Positions 52,838 to 63,931 are shown, counted from the stretch's first letter. The stretch is DNA of 64,000 nucleotides from Caldisericota bacterium (GCA_029548865.1 JAKPMO010000023.1:11453-75452), one strand, 5' to 3'. Notes: generated by a model from the letters alone, not told the origin. Made by a program: numbers and translations.

Positions 52838-53554
52838 TTACTTTCGGGTTGGCTTTCCAAAATTTCCCCCCAATACATCTTTTTCTGCTAATTCCTCTAT
52901 AAGATCTGTCTGGACGATTTGTATCTCAAGGAGTCTTTGCCATTCCTTCATGATGAAATGGTCAAGTCTGTCTTGGAGGTGTCTTATTTCGATTTCTGCC
53001 TTGAGGTTTATTGCATACTCATTTTCGTCTCTCATCCTGTCCCTGGCCTCCTGCCTGTTCTGACTCATCATGATTACCGGGGCCTGGATTGCGGCTACGC
53101 AGGAGAGGACGAGGTTGAGCAATATAAATGGGTATGGATCAAACGGGTTTCTGAGGGCTATGATATTTATGGTCATCCATGTCAGGATTGATGCAAAAAA
53201 TATTATGACAAAAGTCCAGCTCCCGCCAAAATCGGCCACCTTGTCAGCAATTTTTTCACCAAAAGTTACCTTTCTGCTGATTTGTTCACCTAGGTTTTTT
53301 GTGATATTTTCCTGGTCCTCAATGCTTTTTACAACCTGTTTTTCGAGGCTGGAGAGTTCACCCTTCTCTTCTTCCAGGAGGCTGGAAATATATTTAGCCC
53401 TGTATTTGTTCAGATCTTCGGTGCAGATGTATCCGTTTTCATTAATATCCGGGTGGTCTTTTTTTATAAGATCTATGATTGGCTTCCTGAGCATTGACAT
53501 AGGCATCATGTGGTTTTCGGATGCGGAACATACAGTGCAGGTCTTTTCTTTCAT
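52838..53554 (-). CDS. DUF1003 membrane protein
   Basis: ADKVADFGGSW, FDPYPFILLNL.LS..AAIQAPVIMMSQNRQ. Confidence 0.92.
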   Translation of the reverse strand: MKEKTCTVCSASENHMMPMSMLRKPIIDLIKKDHPDINENGYICTEDLNKYRAKYISSLLEEEKGELSSLEKQVVKSIEDQENITKNLGEQISRKVTFGEKIADKVADFGGSWTFVIIFFASILTWMTINIIALRNPFDPYPFILLNLVLSCVAAIQAPVIMMSQNRQEARDRMRDENEYAINLKAEIEIRHLQDRLDHFIMKEWQRLLEIQIVQTDLIEELAEKDVLGGNFGKPTRK

Positions 53555-53721
53555 CTCTTATCCTCCTGAGGAAATTTTCAAAGATCCTCAAGCATTTTGA
53601 TATGTGTTCCGTTTACATTTGTCAACGCTTTGGGTCATTTTTGAAGCATAGAGAAGTGAGATTAAGGAAAATCTCATTCGTGAGACTACCTAATGATTAT
53701 GGTTGGGATATCATAAGTTGC

Positions 53722-54510
53722 ATGGATGACAAGGAAGTTGGAAAATATTGGGATGAAAACGCCAGGGCGTGGACGGACCTTTCCAGGCTTGGCTACGACA
53801 TTTGTCGTGACCAGTTCAATACGCCGGGTTTTGTGGCCATGCTTCCAGAAATTGGGGGTCTTGAGGGGCTGGACATAGGCTGTGGCGAAGGCAATAACAC
53901 AAGGATTTTTGCCTCGCTGGGTGCCTCCATGACTGCCCTGGACATATCGCCAACTTTTATTGAGGCCGCAAAAGCGATGGAGCAGGAAAAACCTCTTGGC
54001 ATAAAATATGTTTTGGGGAGTGCTCTCGATCTCCCATTTGAGGACAGTTCCTTTGACTTCTGTGTTGCAACAATGAGCTTTATGGACATTCCAGGACCAG
54101 AAAAGGTCCTTGCTGAGGCATTCAGGGTCTTAAAGCCAGGAGGATTCCTTCAGTTTTCAATAACACATCCATGTTTTGACGCACCTGTCAGGTTTTGGGT
54201 GTTTGATGAAGATGGTAACAAAAAAGCACTTGCCGTTAGCGGGTATTTTGATGAACTGGGTGGCGATATTCTGGAATGGATATTCGCCGTCACGCCACAG
54301 GAACTGAAAGATAAATATCCAAAATTCAAGACCCCGTGCTTCAGAAAAACGCTTGGCTCATGGATAAATCTTTTGATTGATACTGGTTTTATGATAGAAA
54401 AACTTGGAGAGCCAAGGCCAACAGAGGAAGTTTGCGAAAAATATCCTTCTCTTGCTGACGCGAGGCTTGTGAGCCTCTTCCTTCACATCAGAGCAAGAAA
54501 GCCCAGATAA
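53722..54510 (+). CDS. Class I SAM-dependent methyltransferase
   Basis: LDIGCGEG, LPFED.SFD, RVLKPGG, HPCF. Confidence 0.9.
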   Translation: MDDKEVGKYWDENARAWTDLSRLGYDICRDQFNTPGFVAMLPEIGGLEGLDIGCGEGNNTRIFASLGASMTALDISPTFIEAAKAMEQEKPLGIKYVLGSALDLPFEDSSFDFCVATMSFMDIPGPEKVLAEAFRVLKPGGFLQFSITHPCFDAPVRFWVFDEDGNKKALAVSGYFDELGGDILEWIFAVTPQELKDKYPKFKTPCFRKTLGSWINLLIDTGFMIEKLGEPRPTEEVCEKYPSLADARLVSLFLHIRARKPR

Positions 54511-55266
54511 ATGAAGAACCTTCTCGTGTCCGACATGACGCATTTTGAGGAGAGGCTGCCAGCAATAAAACAGGCCGGCACTGGGATTGAAATACAGTCC
54601 TTTTTCCTCTCGCTTGCGCTGGACAATTCGCAGGCAATGCTGGAATCACACAAGGCCGCACTCTCGGATTTCTCTGATGAAAAGTGCCTGCACGGGCCAT
54701 TTGTTGGTCTCATGCCCGGCTGCATGGATGCCCAGATAAAACAGGTAACGGCAAAAAGGATGGCGCAAGCGCTTTTTGTTGCCCAGGAACTTGGCTGTTC
54801 AAGGATGGTTGCCCACTTCGGGATGAACTGCAAGGCCCAGAGAAGATGGGATTATGTGGACAGGTCGGTCGAGTTCTGGACAGAATTTTCCAGAATCTGC
54901 CCAGAAGGGTTCTCGATCCACGTTGAAAACGTCTATGATGACAGGCCGGATGACATCCTGTCGCTCTCCAAAAAACTTGAAAACCCAAAAATAGGGATAA
55001 CGCTAGATATTGGACATGCAAACATCTTTTCAAAAATACCAGTCTGGAAGTGGATTGAAGCGTATGGAAGCAGGCTGACCCACGTCCATCTCCACGACAA
55101 TAATGGTGAGGAAGACGAGCACCTTCCACTTGGCCAGGGGAGCATCGACCTGGACAGGGTCATTGTTGCGCTTGAGGAGCATGCTCCGATGGCTGTTTGG
55201 TCAATAGAGGCTGAACCCGCAACTTCGCTTGTATGGCTGAAGTCAAGGGGGATCTGGGCTGGCTAG
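54511..55266 (+). CDS. Sugar-phosphate isomerase/epimerase (AP endonuclease 2 TIM barrel)
   Basis: HGPF, EN, DIGHA, HLHDN.G..D.HL..G.G.ID. Confidence 0.88.
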   Translation: MKNLLVSDMTHFEERLPAIKQAGTGIEIQSFFLSLALDNSQAMLESHKAALSDFSDEKCLHGPFVGLMPGCMDAQIKQVTAKRMAQALFVAQELGCSRMVAHFGMNCKAQRRWDYVDRSVEFWTEFSRICPEGFSIHVENVYDDRPDDILSLSKKLENPKIGITLDIGHANIFSKIPVWKWIEAYGSRLTHVHLHDNNGEEDEHLPLGQGSIDLDRVIVALEEHAPMAVWSIEAEPATSLVWLKSRGIWAG

Positions 55267-56555
55267 CGAATTTTGATGATGTGCAAATCTCCTCTTCCAT
55301 CCTGGTTTTTGATGTCGGTATTGTGGTTGTAGACCAGGTATGGGGAAGATAGCCACTCGATTTTATCCCTGCCGTTTGTATTTGTGAGTTGAATTTCAGT
55401 TCTGGAACTGATTCTATAACCATAGATATTCGTTTTGCCAAGCTTGTACTGTCTCATGTCCATCCAGACAACCAGGTCTCCATCAATCAGAGGAGGGTAC
55501 TTGTGCGAAATCTGGCTGCTGGCTGGTATTGGGGTGATTTTTGGTATAGACAGGTCTGCCACCATGATTGTGGCCAACTCACCCACAGAACCCTTTTTAG
55601 ACATGTGCCATGTTGCGATGCTGCCTGAAATTTGAGGGTATATCGAAGAATCATTTGTGTTTTCAACAGGGAATGTTTCACCTGTTGAAATTCTGTGTGC
55701 GTATATGTCTCCAGAATTGGTGCCATCTTTTTTGGATCGTGGTTTGCCATAATCGTGATAATCATTTCTATGGTCGCACCATACAATATAATCACCGGAG
55801 ATGTCAGGGTATTCCTGATTGGAAGGATCGTCACATATTGTTGATGTGTGGCCGGTTATTATGTCGTACATGAAGATGTCACTGTTGCCGTTTTTTCCCT
55901 CGCTCCAGACAATCTTATTTCCATTGATTTCCATGCCATGCACTGTGTTTGTAGTATCGAGAAAAGTTGTAAACGTGTTGTTGCTAGTTTTATATATTGA
56001 ATATTTATTATGTTTTGGATCGGCATTTGTTGCTAGGTTAGCTATATCAAGCAACACATATTCATTTGTATATCCAATTATTATTTCAGAATAATTTTCG
56101 GAGTTGGTGATATTAGTTAACTGCTGATTTAACAGATCATACGAATACAGATCATATAGCTTGTTTTTGCTGGTATATTTTGAGAGATAAATCCTGTTTC
56201 CACCTGGATATGCAATTTTATGGATGCTGGAATCGCTGTTTGTGAGGTTTGTCAGTTGTTTCGACGGTATGTCGTATCTTTTTAAAACAAAAGCAGTATT
56301 ATTTCCTTCCCATCCTATATAAAAAAGCTTTTCTGCATCTTGGATACTTTGGTACATGGTAAAGCTGAATTTATCGCTGTCAACAAGATTATCTGCAATT
56401 TCAGGTATTGCTGTTTTGGGGTTTACAGGTAGATAGCTGCCATTTGATTGAGATACCAGTTTGCCATTTTGAGTCAATCTGGCAACAAGCAACACTGCTA
56501 TAACAGCAGTAACAATCATCGTGCCACTAATGACGATGATCTTTTGTTTGGCCAT
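55263..56555 (-). CDS. Membrane-anchored TolB-like beta-propeller repeat protein
   Basis: Repeated P.I.G..IVW.D.R....DIY blades; N-terminal TM. Confidence 0.82.
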   Translation of the reverse strand: MAKQKIIVISGTMIVTAVIAVLLVARLTQNGKLVSQSNGSYLPVNPKTAIPEIADNLVDSDKFSFTMYQSIQDAEKLFYIGWEGNNTAFVLKRYDIPSKQLTNLTNSDSSIHKIAYPGGNRIYLSKYTSKNKLYDLYSYDLLNQQLTNITNSENYSEIIIGYTNEYVLLDIANLATNADPKHNKYSIYKTSNNTFTTFLDTTNTVHGMEINGNKIVWSEGKNGNSDIFMYDIITGHTSTICDDPSNQEYPDISGDYIVWCDHRNDYHDYGKPRSKKDGTNSGDIYAHRISTGETFPVENTNDSSIYPQISGSIATWHMSKKGSVGELATIMVADLSIPKITPIPASSQISHKYPPLIDGDLVVWMDMRQYKLGKTNIYGYRISSRTEIQLTNTNGRDKIEWLSSPYLVYNHNTDIKNQDGRGDLHIIKIR

Positions 56556-56620
56556 TATTCATCCCCTCCAGTGTTTCATGCAACATTATACCCAAAATTT
56601 GCAGATTTGTTTTCCAAAAC

Positions 56621-56654
56621 AAAAAAGCGCCCTCTTTTTATTGGGGGCGCTTTT
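56621..56654 (-). terminator. Intrinsic terminator
   Basis: AAAAGCGCCC...GGGCGCTTTT. Confidence 0.8.
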
Positions 56655-56677
56655 GGCCAATCTGTTCCTTAAAAGGT

Positions 56678-59401
56678 TTACATCCAGTATGGATGTATTG
56701 GTCGGCGGGACATTGGGAATTCTCCGCCTGGGGGTGGTTCCCCACCACCACCAGAAAGGTCAACAACAACGTCTGATGGCGGGCCTGTCCTGGAATCCTT
56801 GAACGCGTACACTGTGTAGACGTTCCTTTCCCTTGGCGGGTTGTGGTCAGTAAAGGAATTGTCGTATGTTGTTCCGATCATCATGCCGTTAAGCTCAATC
56901 CTGAAGCCAACTCTTGAATTGTCTCGCGAGCTATATTGCCAAGTAAGGACGACCGATGCGCTGCCCAGCCCCATGACCCTTGCTGTAAGATTATTTATTG
57001 GGCCGAGTTCAACAGGTGCCGGTGTCAAGTCGACCTCCACAGAGCTTCCTGGGCCAGTGGTCCCGCTTTGGGTTGGGTATACCGTGTACCTGAGTTTTGT
57101 AGCGCCGGGGTTGTGGTCTGTGAAGCTGTTATCCATTGTGGTGCCAATGACCATACCATTCAGCTCTATCCTGAACATTGCCGGCTGGTCATACTCCCAG
57201 CTTAAAACAACTTGTGCGTTGCCAAAGCCCATGACCCTTGCGGTAAGGTTCCTGACCGGCGGGAGGTCGACCGGGATCGTTACGGTTGCTACATTTGATG
57301 GATCTGAATATTTCCCGTTCCTGCCAACTGCAACAACATAATAAGCATAGGTCATTCCGTGCTGTATGGAATAATCGTCATAGGAATACCTTGTCACCTG
57401 GGGGCCTGTTGGCGAACCACTATCTGTGAGAGTGTTTACATATCTGTAGATTATGTATCCAACGATTTCTGTCGGGCTTCTTTGTGGCGCGCTCCAGCTG
57501 ATGCGAACGTGGTCGCTGGCCCATGTGGCCTGGGTGTTGTAAGGAGGATACGGCGGCACGTCCTGTTGCCTGATGGTGATGTCTGCAGAAATCAGGCCAA
57601 GCTGTTTCTCGCCATAATTTGAATCGTTGTTGATGACGTTGAGCAATCCATGGTATTTGCCGGGATTTTGCGAGCCGGCATTTACAAGTACATTCAGATC
57701 GTAGTGTTGGCCTGGCCTCAGGGAGATTCTTGAGACATTTGGCGAAAGGTATGGATCAGACGAGAAGTGCAGGTCAAGTTGTGTTTGTCCACAGTTGTAC
57801 AGTGAAACGGACTCATAGACTGTTCCACCATAGGGGAGTTCCACATTGAAGTAGTTGTTGTCCAGACAAAGCTGTGGTTCCGGAGGTTTTTCCTTGATGG
57901 TTATGTTGGCAGTTACGATTCCAAGTTGCTGGCTTCCCAGTTTTGAGTCAGTGTTTGTAATTATTATCTGTCCAGTATAGTTGCCAGGTTTGTTGTTGCC
58001 GGCACTGACAAGGATTGTCAGCGTGAACCTTTCTCCGGGCCTCAGTGAGACCTGGTTGATTGTGGTGGAGAGGAACGGGTCGCTTGAGAACGTCATCATG
58101 AGGTCGGTCTTGCCGGTGTTGTAGATGTTCACAAGCTTGTAGATGCTGCTCTTGTACGGGACTTCTGCCGTAAAGTTGTTGTTTTCCATCCTGATTTGCG
58201 GAACATCCACAGGGTCCGGCGGTCTTCCATAGCAGGAGAGAGTTCTTTTCTTGAAATCGATGTTGTCGCCATATTCTACAAACAGGCGATTCCATGCAAC
58301 AATCGGCTGGAAGACGTATTTTGCGTCAAGCGGGATGCTCTTGATGATTTCACCCGTCGCTGCTTTGATGACGTAAACGCCGGAAGTATCCTGGTTGTCA
58401 AGGCTCCCGACCGGCACCAGGACAACTTCACCCATCACTGTGCAACCTGCTGTTATCGGGCCTGGCATGGTTTTGTCCCAGATAATGGTCCCGGTTTCGT
58501 CAAATTTTACTAGCCTGCCTGCCTCGCTACCCAGAATGAGTGTATCACCGTCGACTGCCGGCGGGTAGTTTGTCACTCCACCCATCTGCAGGATTTTTGA
58601 GTTGCTTACCTGGGAAGGTTTTGGCAGCACGATGACTTCGCCGGTCTGCATTGTAAACACGCAGTATTTCTTGAATGAGACAGTCGAAGCAAACGTCTGG
58701 GCCTGGATTGCAAAGGAATCTGTTGTTTTGCCATCTGTGTCTGCCACAAGGTCTATCTTGTTGTGGGCGGCCACTCCAACCCTTCCGGTGTCAACATTTA
58801 TGGCTGTTCCGCCGACGCATGCACTGTCAGTCTGGTGCCTCCAGACTTCGGCCTTGAGGTCGAGGTTGAACTTGTAGGCCAGACCAGAGACCTGCGAGCT
58901 TGTCAGGTATAGCCAATTGCTGCCTTTTTCATCAACCATAACTGTTGGTGAGGAAATGTTCTGTCCGGTCACAGGACTTTTCCACTTCACATCGCCATTT
59001 GCAAGAGAAAGACCAACCAGATTTGATTTTGTGGGCACAAGAACCATGTCGCCGCTTATTGCACAGCTTGAGGCGACTTCGTCGTCCATGGCCTTTGTCC
59101 ATAGTGCCTTGCCACTTGAAACATCGATACAATAAGTGCTGTCAGCGTCTCCGATTACAAGTTTTCCCTGATCAACAACAGGGTTTCTTGACCAGCCCTT
59201 TGCCCCGCGCATGGTGAAGTTCCATGCTTCGTGATCGTATGTGTCGTAGTCCCAGACATCTGCGGCGACCGAGCTGTGGGCCGGGTCACAAGCGTATTGG
59301 GGCCATGATTTTGGGGTCACCGATTTGGCGTTACCCCCAAGCGGGACCATCGTAAACAAAATAGAAAAAGAAATAAGAAAAACCAGAACCTTGTTCCTCA
59401 T
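56678..59401 (-). CDS. Secreted PQQ-like propeller plus 2 Ig-like and 3 FN3-like domains
   Basis: Signal peptide; duplicated N.F..E.PY...YN.G and NLTARVMG.G.A.VVL.W modules. Confidence 0.85.
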   Translation of the reverse strand: MRNKVLVFLISFSILFTMVPLGGNAKSVTPKSWPQYACDPAHSSVAADVWDYDTYDHEAWNFTMRGAKGWSRNPVVDQGKLVIGDADSTYCIDVSSGKALWTKAMDDEVASSCAISGDMVLVPTKSNLVGLSLANGDVKWKSPVTGQNISSPTVMVDEKGSNWLYLTSSQVSGLAYKFNLDLKAEVWRHQTDSACVGGTAINVDTGRVGVAAHNKIDLVADTDGKTTDSFAIQAQTFASTVSFKKYCVFTMQTGEVIVLPKPSQVSNSKILQMGGVTNYPPAVDGDTLILGSEAGRLVKFDETGTIIWDKTMPGPITAGCTVMGEVVLVPVGSLDNQDTSGVYVIKAATGEIIKSIPLDAKYVFQPIVAWNRLFVEYGDNIDFKKRTLSCYGRPPDPVDVPQIRMENNNFTAEVPYKSSIYKLVNIYNTGKTDLMMTFSSDPFLSTTINQVSLRPGERFTLTILVSAGNNKPGNYTGQIIITNTDSKLGSQQLGIVTANITIKEKPPEPQLCLDNNYFNVELPYGGTVYESVSLYNCGQTQLDLHFSSDPYLSPNVSRISLRPGQHYDLNVLVNAGSQNPGKYHGLLNVINNDSNYGEKQLGLISADITIRQQDVPPYPPYNTQATWASDHVRISWSAPQRSPTEIVGYIIYRYVNTLTDSGSPTGPQVTRYSYDDYSIQHGMTYAYYVVAVGRNGKYSDPSNVATVTIPVDLPPVRNLTARVMGFGNAQVVLSWEYDQPAMFRIELNGMVIGTTMDNSFTDHNPGATKLRYTVYPTQSGTTGPGSSVEVDLTPAPVELGPINNLTARVMGLGSASVVLTWQYSSRDNSRVGFRIELNGMMIGTTYDNSFTDHNPPRERNVYTVYAFKDSRTGPPSDVVVDLSGGGGEPPPGGEFPMSRRPIHPYWM

Positions 59402-59511
59402 AAAACCCTCCTTGTTTAACTGGTGCTCTCACATAATATCCCCCCAGCAACTGCTTGGCAATAGATGACAGCAAAACAGAAGAATTATTGAGGCAGGTCA
59501 AAACATTTAAG

Positions 59512-60858
59512 TTATCTGATAAAAAATGATGGGTTTAATTTTGTTTTATCATCAAGCCCGGTTTTCTCCAGCTTGTCCAGGTTTTTACCCACGACTCTGC
59601 AGAAAAAGAATGCCCAATCATCAACTTCTTTTTTCTGGTCTGGAAATGCACCAATAATAATCATCACTGGGCCAGTCTCTTTTGTTATTCCATCTGCAAC
59701 ACATTCATAGAAAAAAGAGAATGTTTTTGTGGTGTCATGTGTGTCTCCATAAAGCCTGCGAATTTCAGAGTGGATTTGGTCTGTTGTGAGGCACTTCTCA
59801 ATCTCACCACTGTCAAAATTGAGCTTGAAGACAATTTGTTCTATTTTGGGAAGCGATGGCAAACCATCTTGTTCGGTGCCAAAATTAAAATCTTCAGGAT
59901 ACCCTGTCATGCAATAGTAGCATATCCGCTTGCCCATGTCATCAATTATGGCCCCACAAAAACTGGAATGAACCAGAGTGTATTTTTCTGGGAGAATTTT
60001 TTTTGAAAGGTCTAGAAGGTCATAGGTTTTTGTGCATTTCAGATCTGTCAGGCTGGTGATAGCTGCTTTATTGTCGTATGATTGCGGAAAACTTGGTTTT
60101 GTAAAATATTGGGAGGGGAATTTGTAAAATGGATCAAAATACCCAATTATTCCTGTTTGTGCATCAGAATATGAAACCCATGGTTTCAGAGGCTTGAATT
60201 TGTTGGTTGGTGACAGCTTGAAATCTTTTAGTGAAAAGGACATTGCTCTTGCGGTAGCATAGGGAACTTCGAACCCATTGCAACTTACTTTTGGATCCTG
60301 ATTTTTATAATAGAAAACGTTATCTTTTTTGGTTTCTACGAGGAGCAGTTCATTACATAACCAGTCAGCAGGGTAATACTTGAACCCAACTTCTTTTATG
60401 GTTTCTCCATGGTCATCTGGTTCATAGTAATAATCAACTTCATATAAACATGATGCACCTATGTAGTGGAAAATATCTTTTGAAGGCTCATAAATGGAGT
60501 ATTCAGTCACAGAGGAAGACCTGATTCTTTTTCCGTCAATAATCAGTTTGTAGTTGTCAGATATGTAGAAGCCTGTTGAAATGAGAAAAAATTTTCTATC
60601 ACCGGATATTGAAAGAATTGAGGACCCAAGATTACGAAAATCGTAGCCAGATTTCAAAACATAGTCTGATTTTGGTTCTGGTTTTAATTTGGGCATATCA
60701 AATTCTTTGCGTTTGTTGTTGAAATAGAGGTCGGTACTGACCACTGCGTTATCGTGATGATCTAACGAATATATCCTTTTTTCTGGCAAGTGGTCAAACC
60801 TGGCAATCAAAACAACAACAATCGCGAGTAACGCCACTATGCTATTCCTTGTTTTCAT
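59512..60858 (-). CDS. Tandem paralogue A, unknown exported protein lacking the lipobox Cys
   Basis: Shares TEYSIYEPS..FHYIGASC, EVPYAT..AMSFSLKDFKLS, YFDPFY and the FIR* end with its neighbours. Confidence 0.85.
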   Translation of the reverse strand: MKTRNSIVALLAIVVVLIARFDHLPEKRIYSLDHHDNAVVSTDLYFNNKRKEFDMPKLKPEPKSDYVLKSGYDFRNLGSSILSISGDRKFFLISTGFYISDNYKLIIDGKRIRSSSVTEYSIYEPSKDIFHYIGASCLYEVDYYYEPDDHGETIKEVGFKYYPADWLCNELLLVETKKDNVFYYKNQDPKVSCNGFEVPYATARAMSFSLKDFKLSPTNKFKPLKPWVSYSDAQTGIIGYFDPFYKFPSQYFTKPSFPQSYDNKAAITSLTDLKCTKTYDLLDLSKKILPEKYTLVHSSFCGAIIDDMGKRICYYCMTGYPEDFNFGTEQDGLPSLPKIEQIVFKLNFDSGEIEKCLTTDQIHSEIRRLYGDTHDTTKTFSFFYECVADGITKETGPVMIIIGAFPDQKKEVDDWAFFFCRVVGKNLDKLEKTGLDDKTKLNPSFFIR

Positions 60859-60915
60859 GTTTATCTCCAAGGCTGATTTTTGTATTGAGGTCGAGATATG
60901 GGAGGTAGTATCTTA

Positions 60916-62268
60916 TTATCTGATAAACAGGGGTGGATTTATATCTTCTGCTTCTGGCCCCAATTCCTCTAATTTGTTAAGATTTTGACCGACAAGTTTG
61001 CAAAAATAGCCTGATGCATCATAACGATTGTCAGCTGGATCACGGTCATGTTGATAGTGGATAATTGTGCAGAAGACAATGATTATTGGCCCAGTTTCCA
61101 TTGTTATCCCATTTACGATATCTCCTATAGTTGATGCCGATGCCCCTTTGATTTTGTGTCTGTCCTTGTAAAGCTCTCGTATTTTAGAAGAAATTTGTTC
61201 TTCATTCATATATTTTTCTATTTTGCCCGTATCAAAGTCGAGTCCGAAAATAACCAGTTTATCTTCTGGAAATCCTAAGCTTTCATTGTTATATTTAAGG
61301 ATATCTTTGTGGTACCCTTCCATAAAATAATAGCACATTCTCCTGCCATTCTGGTCAATCATTGCACCACAGAATCTTGAGTTTGTCAAAATGTAGTCTT
61401 TTGGAAAAACTTTTTTAGCAAGCCCAAAGAGATCGTAGGTCTTTGTGCATTTCAAATCAGTTAAAGTTGTGACGGTAAAATCATAATAAGAAGGATATCT
61501 ATTAATGATAATTTTTTGAAACGGATAAAATGGATCAAAATAGCTGACTATTCCTGTTTGGGTATCAGAATATGAAGTCCATGGTTTCAGTGGTTTGAAC
61601 TTGTCCGTTGGCGATAGCTTGAAATCTTTTAGTGAAAAGGACATTGCTCTTGTGGTTGCGTATGGGACTTCCAGTGACGTAATTTCATCGGTCTTTACTG
61701 AAGCATCCTGCCCCTCGGTGTATATCTTTTCATCCTTGGTGGTTTCTACAAGCAAGAGCTCATCATCCATCCAGGCAGCAGGATAGTATTTATGGCCGAC
61801 TTCTTTTATGTTTTTCATGCCATTGTCATTTTGTTCAAGATAATACAAACATGAAGCACCTATATAATGGAATTCTCTTGCCGAAGGTTCATAGATGGAG
61901 TACTCGGTGACGCGAAGATATATAACTTTCCTGCCATTAATAGTTAATTTGTTGGCATTTTCATTACTTGATGTAGAGAAATTTGTTGAAATAAATATGA
62001 ATTTTTTGTCCTCAGAGATTGAACGAAAAGAGGGTTTTGAAGAATAAAATTTGAAAATAGAATTTAGAACATAATTTGATTCTGGGTTTGGCTCCGGTAT
62101 TCTGAATTCCTTCCGTTTATCCTTAAAGTCAAGATTGGTACTAATTATATAATTTGAAATACAATCGTATGAATATATTCTTTTTCCTGGTAATACCGCT
62201 TGTCCGCATCCAGTAATTAGTATAACAACAATCGCGAGTAACGCCGCTATGCCGTTTCTTGTTTTCAT
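60916..62268 (-). CDS. Tandem paralogue B, lipoprotein
   Basis: Lipobox ITGC; same conserved blocks. Confidence 0.85.
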   Translation of the reverse strand: MKTRNGIAALLAIVVILITGCGQAVLPGKRIYSYDCISNYIISTNLDFKDKRKEFRIPEPNPESNYVLNSIFKFYSSKPSFRSISEDKKFIFISTNFSTSSNENANKLTINGRKVIYLRVTEYSIYEPSAREFHYIGASCLYYLEQNDNGMKNIKEVGHKYYPAAWMDDELLLVETTKDEKIYTEGQDASVKTDEITSLEVPYATTRAMSFSLKDFKLSPTDKFKPLKPWTSYSDTQTGIVSYFDPFYPFQKIIINRYPSYYDFTVTTLTDLKCTKTYDLFGLAKKVFPKDYILTNSRFCGAMIDQNGRRMCYYFMEGYHKDILKYNNESLGFPEDKLVIFGLDFDTGKIEKYMNEEQISSKIRELYKDRHKIKGASASTIGDIVNGITMETGPIIIVFCTIIHYQHDRDPADNRYDASGYFCKLVGQNLNKLEELGPEAEDINPPLFIR

Positions 62269-62310
62269 TTGTTATCCTTTGTCAGTTCAAGTGTGTCTCC
62301 AATATTCACA

Positions 62311-63789
62311 TCACCTGATACAGTAATATTCAAAACGGAATGGAAAGCTGGTTTCCATCTTTTTGAGCTTGTCGAGGTTTGGGCCATAAATTAGAAATTC
62401 CATATATTTTGTGCTAGGATTGACGGTGTCCTTATACCTGACAAGACACCTGAAGAAGAAAGTAGGGCCAGTTTCTTTTGTGAAAGTGAGACCATCGAGG
62501 GTGTAGGCATGCGATATGGTTATATCGGTTATTTTGTCAGGAAATTTTACAAACTTTTTGACCTCGGCATTTATCCTGTTCATGTCCATATATTTTTTGA
62601 TATTGCCTGTGTTAAAATCAAGCCCAAAAACGATGTATTCATGTTTTGCTTTTTCATTGTTTTTGATGTTTTTTTGATGGCCTTCCATGATGTAGTAGCA
62701 CATTTTTTTGTTGTTCTTGTCAATCATCGATCCAAGAAAAAAGGACCTCCCAAGAGCATAATCTTTTGGAAGAGCTTTTTCGGCAAGGTTGTACAGATCA
62801 TAGTTTTTTGTGCCTTTGAGATCAGAAAGTGTTGTGATGACTGTGTTAAAACCTGGATAACGCATTTCTCCATAGGTTTCTGGATAGTAGAGATACAGGG
62901 CTTCTGTGAATGGATAGAAAGGATCAAAATATCCTACGATTCCGGTGCATGAATCAGAGTATGAAGCCCAGGGTTTTATTGGTTTGAACTTGCTTGTTAG
63001 AGAAAGCTTGAAATTTTTTAGCGAGAAAGACGTCGCTTTTGCGGTGGCATAAGGAACTTCGATCGTATTCTCGCTAACTTTTATTGGAGTATCTTGCCCC
63101 ACAGTATAGATTTTCTTGTTTTTGGTGGTCTCCACAAGGAGTAATTCATCAGTCGCCCAGGCTGCGAGATAATATTTGTGACCGATTTCCTTGATTTCTT
63201 GCGGGTGGGATAACCCAAATCTATATTGGCATGAAGCACCAATGTAGTGGAACTTTTTTGTCGAGGTATCGTAAATTGAGTATTCGGTAACATCGATACG
63301 CTGGACTTTTTTGCCATCAACAAGGTATGTGTCGGCATTTTTCAGCTCATCTGCGCTGTATTCTTTAAAAGTCACTGTCAAAATAAAAATGAATTTCTTG
63401 TTGTTGGAGATGGATATTACTGAGTGCTGACCAATGCGAAAATCTAGGCCAGATTTTAGAACATAGTCAGATTGTGGTTTTGGATTTGGTATTTTATACT
63501 CTTCACGAAGGCCTTTGAAGTCAAGATTGGTGCTAAATATAGATATATTTTCCGAATCGTAATCATAAGAATAAATCCTCTTGGCCACACTTTTTTGTTG
63601 CTTTTTGTTTTCTGGTCTCATTTGCGATGGTGTGCATTCTAAGTCATGAGAATAGACACTCTTGATTATATTCTCTTGCTGTTTATTGTCTCCACCATCC
63701 CCACCCTTATCTGGTGGGACTACCTGGCCACAACCGGAGAGTAAAAAGGCAAATATTACAATCAATGTTGCAATGCTTCTTATTTTCAT
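62311..63789 (-). CDS. Tandem paralogue C, lipoprotein
   Basis: SD GGAGG, lipobox LSGC; same conserved blocks. Confidence 0.85.
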   Translation of the reverse strand: MKIRSIATLIVIFAFLLSGCGQVVPPDKGGDGGDNKQQENIIKSVYSHDLECTPSQMRPENKKQQKSVAKRIYSYDYDSENISIFSTNLDFKGLREEYKIPNPKPQSDYVLKSGLDFRIGQHSVISISNNKKFIFILTVTFKEYSADELKNADTYLVDGKKVQRIDVTEYSIYDTSTKKFHYIGASCQYRFGLSHPQEIKEIGHKYYLAAWATDELLLVETTKNKKIYTVGQDTPIKVSENTIEVPYATAKATSFSLKNFKLSLTSKFKPIKPWASYSDSCTGIVGYFDPFYPFTEALYLYYPETYGEMRYPGFNTVITTLSDLKGTKNYDLYNLAEKALPKDYALGRSFFLGSMIDKNNKKMCYYIMEGHQKNIKNNEKAKHEYIVFGLDFNTGNIKKYMDMNRINAEVKKFVKFPDKITDITISHAYTLDGLTFTKETGPTFFFRCLVRYKDTVNPSTKYMEFLIYGPNLDKLKKMETSFPFRFEYYCIR

Positions 63790-63931
63790 CTGTTGCCTCC
63801 TCAAGGGCAAAAGCAGTTTAAAGGTATCTTTTGCCCATCTGGTTTGGCCCTAAAGCTTGCCCGATGATACCTAGACTCATCTTGGCCTCCCTTGGTGGTT
63901 TCAAAATGAATTCAGCGTTAATATTGAAACA

